A program made the position numbers and the translations under genes. A stretch of DNA of 64,000 bases from an uncultured Oscillospiraceae bacterium. Lineage in GTDB: Bacteria; Bacillota; Clostridia; Oscillospirales; Oscillospiraceae. Below are positions 56,660 through 64,000 of the stretch, one piece after another (positions within the stretch are counted from its first letter, which is position 1; the number at the start of each line of letters is the position of its first letter). The notes under the pieces were generated by a model, which was not told the DNA's origin, made no database searches, and worked only from the letters and a program-made list of their open reading frames with translations. The stretch covers positions 5,605 through 69,604 of the forward strand of contig CALXFQ010000001.1 of NCBI GenBank assembly GCA_944387625.1, written 5' to 3'.

Positions 56660-57748
56660 ATGTCTAACAGTGTTTTTCAAAGCGTGATCGTCCAGCTTCG
56701 GGACGTGACCGACCGGGTCTTCGGCGTGATCGATTCCGATGGGACCGTGGTCTCCTGCACCGATATGTCCGTCCTGGGCGAACGGTGGACGGACGCGGCG
56801 CTGAAGATCGCCAACTCCGGCGAGAGCATGGTCACCTTCGCGCATAAGACGTTCAAGCCCATCGTCAATGTGTCCAACATCATCGAGTACAGCGTCTTCT
56901 GCTCCGGCGACGACGAGATCGCCAAGGGCTACTGCGCCATGGCCTATGTGGCGCTGAACGACGCCAAGGTCTTCTACGAGGAGAAGCACGACCGGGGGAC
57001 CTTCGTCAAGAACATCATCATGGACAACATCCTTCCCGGCGACATCTACATCCGGGCCAAGGAGCTCCACTTCTCCACCGACGCGCCCCGGGCGGTGTTC
57101 CTGGTGCGGCAGGTGGGCCATGCCGATGTTGCCACGGTGGATGTGCTGTCCGGCATGTTCCCGGACAAGCTCCAGGACTTCGTTCTGAGCATCAATGAAA
57201 CGGATATCGCCGTGGTCAAGCAGATCGGCCCCAATACCACCGGCGAGGATCTGGAGAAGCTGGCCCAGACCATGGAAGAGACCCTGCGTAACGAGCTGTT
57301 CGTCAAGACCGTGATCGGCATCGGCACCGTGGCGGAGCACCTTCGGTCCCTGGCCGACTCCTACAAGGAGGCTCAGACCTCCATCGACGTGGGCAAGGTC
57401 TTCGACACGGAAAAGAGCATCATCAACTATGAGAACCTGGGCATCGGCCGGCTGATCTACCAGCTTCCTACCACGCTGTGTGAGATCTTCCTCAGTGAGG
57501 TGTTCAAGAAGAACTCCATCGACTCCCTGGACCAGGAGACCTTGTTCACCATCAATAAATTCTTTGAGAACAACCTGAACGTTTCCGAGACCTCCCGGAA
57601 GCTCTTCGTCCACCGCAACACCCTGGTGTACCGGCTGGAGAAGATCAAGAAGCTCACCGGCCTGGACCTGCGGCAGTTCGACCACGCCATCGTCTTCAAG
57701 GTGGCCCTGATGGTCCGCAAGTACCTGTCCAGCCGGGAGAACCGCTGA
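56660..57748 (+). CDS. PucR/CdaR family transcriptional regulator
   Basis: It has the C-terminal PucR-type HTH SETSRKLFVHRNTLVYRLEKIKKLTGLDL. The real start is ATG 56660 with an AAGGAGG RBS. Confidence 0.75.
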   Translation: MSNSVFQSVIVQLRDVTDRVFGVIDSDGTVVSCTDMSVLGERWTDAALKIANSGESMVTFAHKTFKPIVNVSNIIEYSVFCSGDDEIAKGYCAMAYVALNDAKVFYEEKHDRGTFVKNIIMDNILPGDIYIRAKELHFSTDAPRAVFLVRQVGHADVATVDVLSGMFPDKLQDFVLSINETDIAVVKQIGPNTTGEDLEKLAQTMEETLRNELFVKTVIGIGTVAEHLRSLADSYKEAQTSIDVGKVFDTEKSIINYENLGIGRLIYQLPTTLCEIFLSEVFKKNSIDSLDQETLFTINKFFENNLNVSETSRKLFVHRNTLVYRLEKIKKLTGLDLRQFDHAIVFKVALMVRKYLSSRENR

Positions 57749-57753
57749 AACTG

Positions 57754-57780
57754 AAAAAACTGCCCCGGCCCCCGGGGCAG
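57754..57780 (-). terminator. intrinsic terminator for the minus-strand two-component operon
   Basis: The hairpin CTGCCCCGG-N3-CCGGGGCAG is followed on the minus strand by UUUUUU. Confidence 0.7.
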
Positions 57781-57784
57781 TGAT

Positions 57785-57839
57785 ACGCTCCCTCCATGAC
57801 CGACCGCGTTTTACGCGCTGTCGGTCATGGAGGGAGCGT
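57785..57839. repeat. 55-nt near-perfect inverted repeat (20 + 4 bp stem)
   Basis: ACGCTCCCTCCATGACCGAC-CGCG-tttta-CGCG-ct-GTCGGTCATGGAGGGAGCGT lies between convergent genes. It has no U-tract. Confidence 0.8.
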
Positions 57840-57875
57840 TGCTATATCAAAACGTTGGGCAGGACAGGGCCTGGG

Positions 57876-59105
57876 TCACACCGGGAAGGTGGCGGTGATG
57901 GTGAAGGTCTTGCCGTCCCTGGTGGTGGCGGCGATCTTGCCGCCGTGGGCGGTGACGATCGCCTGGGCCACGGACAAGCCGATGCCGTGGCCGCCAGTGG
58001 CGGAGTTGCGGGAGGCGTCGGCGCGGTAGAATCGGTCGAACACATGACCAAGCTGCTCCTGGGTCACCGGCTCTTTGGTGGGGTTGGACACCACCAGGCA
58101 TACGCTTTTGCCTGTCTTTTTCAGGACCAGGGCGATCCGCGCCTGGGCGGGGGCGTATTTCAGGGCGTTGTCCAGCAGGATCGACACCAGCTGGCGGATG
58201 GACTTGCCGCTGCCCACCAGGGTCAGCCGAGGCTCCACCTGCAGATCAAGGACCTTTTCCTGGCTGGCGGCCAGGGTCCGAAACCCGGCGGCGGTCTCGG
58301 TGACCACGTCGCTTACCGGGAAGGGCAGTTTGGGCAGGCTGTGGGTCCCTTCCTCCATCCGGGCCAGCAGCACCAGGTCCTCCGTCAGATGGCGAAGCTG
58401 GGCCACCTGGTCTTTGATGTCGGACAGGCTTTCGCTGGGCTCCTCCAGCTCCATCTCCAACAGGTCCGCGTTGGCGCTGATGATCGTCAGAGGGGTCTTG
58501 ATCTCGTGGCTGGCGTCGGTGATGAAGCGCTTTTGCTTGTCGTAGCTGTCGGCGATGGGCCGGATGATCCTGCCGGACAAAACGGCGAAGATCACGAACA
58601 CCACCGCGAAGCCCAGCAGGGAGATCCAGATGCTGGTCCACAGGAAGCGGCGGAACTGGTCCACCCGCCGGCCGCAGTCCAGGAAGGTGACCTGGGAGCC
58701 GCCGCTTTCCTGGCTGATCTGGTAGCGGTACTGGTCCAGAAAGCCCCGGGCCTTGGAGCCTTCCAGGGCCTGGGCACCGTAGTTCAGGGCATCGTTGATG
58801 TCCACCGATACCACGTTGCTCAGGTCCACCCTGGTGGCCTGGCCCTCATCGTTGTAGAAGATGGTGAAATACCGGGATTCATAAGGGGTCTCCGGGGACA
58901 GCTCCGGGGGGAAGCGGTCCCAGGGGCGGCTGCCCAGGCTGGGAAATCTGCCCTGGTTCTGGGACAGAAGGGACAGCACCGTGTCCGCCTCCTCCACGAT
59001 CGTGCCGTAGTTGACCAGGTTCATCCCTGCCACGATCACCACCAGCAGCACCAGCAGGGCGGACATGGCCAGGACCACCAGCTTTATCCGCATCCGGCGG
59101 ATCAT
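57876..59105 (-). CDS. sensor histidine kinase
   Basis: It has 2 TM helices, the H-box SHEIKTPLT, and GGHGIGLSVAQ. The real start is ATG 59105, forming an ATGA overlap with the response regulator stop. Confidence 0.85.
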   Translation of the reverse strand: MIRRMRIKLVVLAMSALLVLLVVIVAGMNLVNYGTIVEEADTVLSLLSQNQGRFPSLGSRPWDRFPPELSPETPYESRYFTIFYNDEGQATRVDLSNVVSVDINDALNYGAQALEGSKARGFLDQYRYQISQESGGSQVTFLDCGRRVDQFRRFLWTSIWISLLGFAVVFVIFAVLSGRIIRPIADSYDKQKRFITDASHEIKTPLTIISANADLLEMELEEPSESLSDIKDQVAQLRHLTEDLVLLARMEEGTHSLPKLPFPVSDVVTETAAGFRTLAASQEKVLDLQVEPRLTLVGSGKSIRQLVSILLDNALKYAPAQARIALVLKKTGKSVCLVVSNPTKEPVTQEQLGHVFDRFYRADASRNSATGGHGIGLSVAQAIVTAHGGKIAATTRDGKTFTITATFPV

Positions 59106-59773
59106 GACACTTCCTCCAGACTGTAGCCCAGGTTCCGGGAGGAACGGATGGTGACGTTGGCTTTCAGGGCGGTGAGCTTTTTCCGCAGATAGGAGATATA
59201 GGCCCACACCACGCTGGTCTCCGCCTCGGTGTCGAAGCCCCAGATCTTCTCCATGAACCGCTCGGTGGGGATCACATGGTGGGGACTGCTCATGAGCAGC
59301 TCCATCATCTGAAATTCCTTGTTGGCCAGCCGGTAGCTGCCGGTGGGGGTGGAGAGGGTGAAGGTGGACCGATCCAGGGCCACGTTGCCGAAGGTCAGTT
59401 TGGTGTCCACCTGGGTCTGGGGCCGGGTGATCGCCCGGAGGGCCGCCAGCAGCTCCTTGGTATCGAAGGGCTTGGTCAGATAATAGTTGGCGCCGCTGTC
59501 CAGGCCCAGGACCCGGTCGTCGATCTCGGCCTTGGCGGTGAGCAGCAGTACAGGCACCGTGCTCCCGGCGGCCCGAAGCTGCTTCAAGGCGGTGATGCCG
59601 TCCATCACCGGCATCATCACATCCATCACCACCACATCATAATTCCCGGCCTCCAGGTATTCCAGGGCCTCCCGGCCGTTGCTCACCGCGTCGGCGGAGC
59701 AGTGGTTCTTTTCAAAGATCTTTACCAAGGCTCTGGCCAGAGGGGCCTCGTCTTCCGCCAATAAGATCCTCAT
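59102..59773 (-). CDS. OmpR-family response regulator
   Basis: It starts MRILLAEDE and shows VVMDVMMPVMDG...TKPF, with a winged helix (SRNLGYSL). Confidence 0.9.
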   Translation of the reverse strand: MRILLAEDEAPLARALVKIFEKNHCSADAVSNGREALEYLEAGNYDVVVMDVMMPVMDGITALKQLRAAGSTVPVLLLTAKAEIDDRVLGLDSGANYYLTKPFDTKELLAALRAITRPQTQVDTKLTFGNVALDRSTFTLSTPTGSYRLANKEFQMMELLMSSPHHVIPTERFMEKIWGFDTEAETSVVWAYISYLRKKLTALKANVTIRSSRNLGYSLEEVS

Positions 59774-59950
59774 GGCGCAACGCTCCTTTCTCTTTACTAT
59801 TATACTATATCATATCACATCTTGGGGGAAAATGGGATCGGCTATCACAAAAATATCCTATCCCCTCAAACTAAAACAGAGCCAAAAAACAGGCTTTTGG
59901 CCTGATCTAAGGTGGATGCTGTATACTCCCCATCGAAAGGGGGGCTTTTT

Positions 59951-60268
59951 ATGGCGGTCCAAACGGTATTCCAGCGCTACGAACTGAAATACATCATGAC
60001 CCAGGCCCAGCAGCGGCGGCTGCTTCAAACGATGGAAGGGTATATGGCCCCGGACCAATACGGCGATACCACCATCCGCGATCTGCATTTCGATACGCCT
60101 ACCTACCGGCTGATCCGGCAGTCGATCGACAAACCGGTGTATAAAGAGAAGCTTCGGGTCCGCTGTTACAGCCAGGCAGGGCCGGATACCACGGTGTTCG
60201 TGGAACTGAAAAAGAAGTATCGGTCGGTGGTCTACAAGCGCCGGATCGCCCTGCCGGAGCGGCAGGCC
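59951..60268 (+). pseudogene. truncated VTC-domain (polyphosphate-polymerase-like) gene; only about the N-terminal 106 codons are retained
   Basis: The sequence MAVQTVFQRYELKYIMTQ...TIRDLHFDTPTYRLIRQSIDKPVYKEKLRVRCY...VFVELKKKYRSVVYKRRIALPERQA matches the family. After about 60268 the same frame reads low-complexity nonsense (PDHHGDRYREHQHEGHQIRRR). Confidence 0.65.
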
Positions 60269-60269
60269 C

Positions 60270-61085
60270 CGGACCACCACGGTGACAGATACAGAGAGCA
60301 CCAGCATGAAGGGCATCAAATCCGCCGCCGGTGTGCAGATCCTGGGGGGCAGCTTTACTATAGACGCGGCGGATGACGCCCTCCACAGCGATGTGTCCAT
60401 GACCATCTGCGGCGGCAGTTTCCGGACCGCCTCCGGCGACGACGCCCTCCACGCGGAGGATACCCTGACGATCAGCGCCGGGACGCTGGACATCAGCCAC
60501 TGCTACGAAGGGCTGGAGGCCCTGCACGTGGTCTTCTCCGGCGGAGAGGCCACCCTGGCGGCCACCGACGATGGGGTCAATGCCGCAGGGGGCATGGATC
60601 AAAGCGGTGCCGGCGGCCGGGACCAGATGTTCGGCGGCCGGGGCGGCATGAGCGGCAGCTCCGGCGGCAGCATCACCATCTCCGGCGGCGTGCTCACCAT
60701 CCAGGCCGACGGCGACGGCCTGGACGCCAACGGCACGATCGAGATCACCGGCGGCACCACCACGGTGGCCGGTCCCACCCAGGGAGATACCGCCACGCTG
60801 GACTATGATACCACCGCCACGATCGGCGGCGGCGTGTTCATCGGCACCGGCGCGCAGAACATGGCCCAGACCTTCAGCGATCCCCAGCAGGGGACGCTGG
60901 CGGTGCGGGTGGGCAGCCAGAGCGCCGGGACCCAGGTGCTGATCGCCGACGGGGACCAGGAGCTGATCTGCTTTACACCCTCCATGGACTTCCAGGTGGT
61001 GATCGTCAGTATGCCGGAGCTGGTATCCGGGAAGAGCTACACCCTGACCGTGGGAAGCCAGAGCGCCCAGATCGAAGCCATGTAG
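60270..61085 (+). pseudogene. C-terminal fragment of a Cthe_2159-like beta-helix carbohydrate-binding-domain protein, lacking its N-terminal half and signal peptide
   Basis: It has repeats of the type GGSFTIDAADDALHS, GGSFRTASGDDALHA and GGVLTIQADGDGLDANG. It is in a different frame from the VTC remnant. It has no RBS or leader, and its reading frame is open upstream into the VTC remnant. Confidence 0.6.
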
Positions 61086-61099
61086 CCTTATAAAGCGTG

Positions 61100-61130
61100 C
61101 CGCCCCCGGGCCGGTCCGGCCTGGGGGCGG
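61100..61130. terminator. GC-rich hairpin between convergent genes
   Basis: CCGCCCCC-(GGCC...GGCC)-GGGGGCGG is a nested stem. It has no clear U-tract. Confidence 0.4.
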
Positions 61131-61144
61131 TCTGCGTCCGCAGA

Positions 61145-61930
61145 TCAGGATTTGGGGATGGTGATCGTGAGCACGATCTCCCGCTCCGTTTCCCGGCGTT
61201 CGGACACCGCGCCGATGCCGCCGAGCTGGATCTTGGCCAGGTGCCGGTCCAGCTCTTTCAGCAAGGTGCTCACATTGGGCCGTGGAAGGGCGGGCCGGTC
61301 GCCTGAGAGGAGCTGGTCGATATAGTGCTCGGTCCGGGCCACGCTCATATGGCCCTGGACCACCACCGAGATCACCGCCAGCTTGTCCTCCTCCCGGGGC
61401 AGCTTCAGCAGCGCCCGGGCGTGGCGCTCGGTCAGTCCTCCGGCCCGGATCGCGTCCAGCACCGGGCCGCTGTGGCGCAGGAGCCGGAGCTTGTTGGCTA
61501 CGGCGCTTTGGCTCTTGCCCAAGATCTTAGCCACCTGCTCCTGGCTCATGAGCCACTTTTCCATAAGATTGGAGATCCCCCGGGCCTCCTCGATAAAGTC
61601 CAGGTCCTGGCGCTGGAGATTTTCGATCATGGCGGCCATGCCCGATTCCTTCTCGTCCATGGTCATGACGATGCAGGGGATCTCCGTCAGCCCGGCCATG
61701 GCGGCGGCCCGGAGCCGCCGTTCTCCCGCGATCAGCTCATAACTGCCTCCTACCCGCCGCACCGACAGGGGCTGGAGGATGCCGTGGAGCCGGATCGAGT
61801 CCGCCAGCTCCTCCAGGGCCTCCTGCCGGAAGATCTTCCGGGGCTGGGCGGGGTTGGGCCGGATCGACCGCAGGGGGATGAACACCACCCGGCCGGTCTC
61901 CATATAGGTCTTGAGTTTTTGACATTGCAT
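61145..61930 (-). CDS. ParB/Spo0J/Noc-family protein (CTP-binding ParB N-domain plus HTH) with no adjacent parA
   Basis: It shows LADSIRLHGILQPLSV, GERRLRAA, ENLQRQDL, and the HTH SQEQVAKILGKSQSAVANKLRLL. The real start is ATG 61930 with an AAGGAGG RBS. The remaining 305 codons of the track ORF are antisense to ftsE. Confidence 0.8.
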   Translation of the reverse strand: MQCQKLKTYMETGRVVFIPLRSIRPNPAQPRKIFRQEALEELADSIRLHGILQPLSVRRVGGSYELIAGERRLRAAAMAGLTEIPCIVMTMDEKESGMAAMIENLQRQDLDFIEEARGISNLMEKWLMSQEQVAKILGKSQSAVANKLRLLRHSGPVLDAIRAGGLTERHARALLKLPREEDKLAVISVVVQGHMSVARTEHYIDQLLSGDRPALPRPNVSTLLKELDRHLAKIQLGGIGAVSERRETEREIVLTITIPKS

Positions 61931-62105
61931 ACCGTTTCCTCCTTGTGGTACCGTTCCCCACCATTTTACCCGGCGGGAAATGGGAAGACCCTCGGATCCG
62001 GGCGGAACTGCCGGTGATCGTTCGATATGATCGGGCAAGATCCGGTGTATTATTGGAAAAAGGTGCCAATGGACCGGATCTTCCAAAAAAAATGAGCCGA
62101 TCTGA

Positions 62106-62134
62106 TTGACATAATTTTTGATACGTGTTACAAT
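62106..62134 (+). promoter_or_regulatory. sigma-A type promoter, TTGACA-17-TACAAT, for ftsEX
   Basis: The hexamers are at 62106-62111 and 62129-62134. Confidence 0.65.
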
Positions 62135-62164
62135 TTGATTACATTGTACCTTGGGAGCTATGCG

Positions 62165-62848
62165 ATGATCGAGTTTAAGAAAGTCAAAAAATCCTACAGC
62201 GAGGGGAACCACGCTTTGCGGGGCATCTCCATGCAGATCGAGGATGGGGAGTTTTGCTTCCTGGTAGGCCCCTCCGGGTCCGGGAAGTCCACCATCATCA
62301 AGCTGATCACCGGCGAGATCCGGCCCACCTCCGGCTCGGTCCATGTCAACGGCTACTCCCTGGAGCGCATCCGCAAGCGGGAGATCCCCTATCTGCGCCG
62401 GACTGTGGGCGTGGTGTTCCAGGATTTCCGGCTGATCGAAAATATGACGGTGTATGACAACGTGGCCTTCGCCATGCGGGTGGTAGGCGCCCAGAGCCGG
62501 GAGATCCGGGAGCGGGTGCCTTATGTGCTGGACCTGGTGGGCCTGGAGAACAAGGGCCGCCGTCACCCCGGAGAGCTGTCCGGCGGTGAGCAGCAGCGTC
62601 TGGCCATCGCCCGGGCCTTGGTGAACAACCCCTCCACCATCATCGCCGACGAGCCTACCGGCAACCTCGATCCTGCCCGGTCTATGGAGATCATGACCTT
62701 GCTCCAGGAGATCAACAACCTGGGCACCACCATGCTGGTGGTCACCCATGCCAAGGATCTGGTGGAGCACTTCGTCAACCGGGTCATCACCATCGAAGAG
62801 GGCCTGATCACCAGCGACAGAACGGACGGACATTATGAAGATCAATAA
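62165..62848 (+). CDS. ftsE: cell division ATP-binding protein FtsE
   Basis: It starts MIEFKKVKKSY and carries GPSGSGKST, LSGGEQQRLAIARAL and IIADEPTGNLD. Confidence 0.9.
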   Translation: MIEFKKVKKSYSEGNHALRGISMQIEDGEFCFLVGPSGSGKSTIIKLITGEIRPTSGSVHVNGYSLERIRKREIPYLRRTVGVVFQDFRLIENMTVYDNVAFAMRVVGAQSREIRERVPYVLDLVGLENKGRRHPGELSGGEQQRLAIARALVNNPSTIIADEPTGNLDPARSMEIMTLLQEINNLGTTMLVVTHAKDLVEHFVNRVITIEEGLITSDRTDGHYEDQ

Positions 62849-63731
62849 TATTGGCTATTTGCTCAAAGCGGGCATCCGGGAGATCTTTCTCCACGGGTTC
62901 ATGTCCTTTGCCGCCGTGGTGGTCACGGTGGCCTGCCTGCTGATCGTAGGCAGCTTTTCCATCCTGCTCTACAATGTGAATATCCTGGTGGAGCGGCTGA
63001 ACCAGACCAACGAAGTGATCGCCTATATCGACGATTCCTTCTCCGAGGCCGAGGCCCAGCAGGTCCAGACCAAGATCAACCTGCTGGACAACGTGCATAA
63101 AGCGGAATTCATGACCAGGGAAGAGGCTCTGGATCGGTTCGTGGCGGAACACGGCGGCGACCCGGCCTTCAGCGGCCTGGAGCCGGAGGATCTGCGCCAC
63201 CGGGTGATCATCACACTGGAGGACAACGCGCTGATCGAACAGACCGTGTCCCAGGTGGAGAGCATCCAGGGCGTGGTGAAGATCACCGCTGCCTATGAGC
63301 TGGCGGAGGGCTTCTCCACGCTGCAAAGCGTACTGCAGGTCGGCTCTCTGGCGATCATCGGCGTGCTGCTGCTGGTGTCGCTGCTGATCATCTCCAACAC
63401 CGTCAAGCTGGCCATGTACGACCGGCGGGAGGAGATCGCCATCATGAAGATGGTAGGCGCCACCAACGGATTCATCCGGGTGCCGTTCGTGGTCCAGGGC
63501 TTCATCCTGGGCATGGTAGGCGCCGGTACGGCCTTTGGGCTGGAGTGGCTGCTCTACGACTTCGTGGTGAAGAAGATCGCCCAGCTGGATACGCTGATGA
63601 TGTTCTCCCTGGTGCCTTTCCAGCAGGTGCTCGTGCCGATGATCTGTACCTTCGGCGCCGCCGGATTGTTCGTAGGCGTTGTGGGGAGCTGGACTTCCAT
63701 CCGTAAATTCATGAACGCGCCTGCCCATTAA
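62835..63731 (+). CDS. ftsX: cell division permease-like protein FtsX
   Basis: It has 4 TM helices with a large first extracytoplasmic loop. It overlaps ftsE. Confidence 0.9.
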   Translation: MKINNIGYLLKAGIREIFLHGFMSFAAVVVTVACLLIVGSFSILLYNVNILVERLNQTNEVIAYIDDSFSEAEAQQVQTKINLLDNVHKAEFMTREEALDRFVAEHGGDPAFSGLEPEDLRHRVIITLEDNALIEQTVSQVESIQGVVKITAAYELAEGFSTLQSVLQVGSLAIIGVLLLVSLLIISNTVKLAMYDRREEIAIMKMVGATNGFIRVPFVVQGFILGMVGAGTAFGLEWLLYDFVVKKIAQLDTLMMFSLVPFQQVLVPMICTFGAAGLFVGVVGSWTSIRKFMNAPAH

Positions 63732-63747
63732 AGGAGGACCAAGTTAT

Positions 63748-64000
63748 ATGGACAAAAAGAAATTACTGATCTCCATCGTCGCCGGCGGCCTGGCCCTGGT
63801 GATGCTGCTGACCCTGGTGGTGAGCATCCTGCCGGCCAGCGCCGGCGCGGTGACCTCCGACGAGCTGAAAGATCAGCTCGATGAGCTGCAGGCCAAGAAG
63901 GACCAGATCTCTCAGCAGATCGCCGACCTGGAAGGCCAGCAGTCGGAGAACCTGGACTCCATCCAGAACATCCTGAACCAGAAGGCGGTGCTGGACCAGC
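63748..64000 (+). CDS. EnvC-like murein hydrolase activator / M23 peptidase family protein, N-terminal part (continues past the window end)
   Basis: It has a signal/TM segment and then a coiled coil (DELKDQLDELQAKKDQISQQIADLEGQQ). It lies directly after ftsEX. The catalytic domain is not visible in this window. Confidence 0.6.
   Translation, partial: MDKKKLLISIVAGGLALVMLLTLVVSILPASAGAVTSDELKDQLDELQAKKDQISQQIADLEGQQSENLDSIQNILNQKAVLDQ

Noticed and set aside
59774-59950. The intergenic region between the response regulator and the VTC remnant as a possible small RNA or peptide gene. It contains the hairpins GCCAAAA-N7-TTTTGGC and CCCC-N7-GGGG plus a T-run.
   Set aside because: The stems are short and weak. 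The region is better explained as divergent promoter DNA (TATAAT on the minus strand, TATACT on the plus strand). The 102-aa track ORF there has no RBS and has an implausible composition.
1-64000. A very high apparent frequency of GATC and CGATCG throughout the window, which might indicate Dam-type methylation or an absence of GATC-targeting restriction.
   Set aside because: I did not count occurrences. The pattern is largely explained by codon usage: ATC is the dominant Ile codon and follows G-ending codons (GAG-ATC, AAG-ATC, CGG-ATC), and GAT-C also contributes. It cannot be interpreted without a genome-wide observed/expected calculation.

Overview
This window looks like a GC-rich, spore-forming Firmicutes (Clostridia, Oscillospiraceae-like) chromosome segment, and it is almost entirely core housekeeping. 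I call about 60 protein genes. They include class A PBP, ecfA1-ecfA2-ecfT-truA, a ClpE-like AAA+ chaperone, spoIVA, an ABC exporter pair, yceD-rpmF, der-plsY-gpsA, and pstSCAB-phoU plus a response regulator. They also include smc-ftsY-rdgB-yhbY-nadD/yqeK-rsfS-leuS, rpsU, murB-whiA-dnaE, a lipoprotein plus WalRK-like two-component system, DUF1385-prmC-recA-recX-rimO-pgsA, an FMN-riboswitch-controlled ribU, and ftsEX-envC. Many AT-rich islands carry near-consensus sigma-A promoters with exact 17-bp spacers, and several clean intrinsic terminators are visible. I saw no tRNA, rRNA, CRISPR array, transposase, integrase, phage gene or recognisable defence gene. I did not find a convincing novel multi-gene system. 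The observations most worth a second look are listed here.
- A cytoplasmic esterase-esterase-ATP-grasp-ArsR operon of unknown function (24.1-27.3 kb).
- A deletion scar that fuses a truncated VTC-domain gene to the C-terminal half of a Cthe_2159-like beta-helix gene, next to an intact two-component system (57.9-61.1 kb).
- A 380-bp nested palindromic repeat mosaic upstream of spoIVA (12.5-12.9 kb).
- A structured, 6S-like RNA candidate (0.9-1.08 kb).
- An orphan ParB-like CTPase-fold protein transcribed divergently from ftsEX.
- A kinase-less response regulator translationally coupled to phoU.
The long antisense ORFs in the supplied track are GC-driven shadow frames and are rejected. All coordinates were counted by hand from the sequence, and small features may be off by 1-2 nt.
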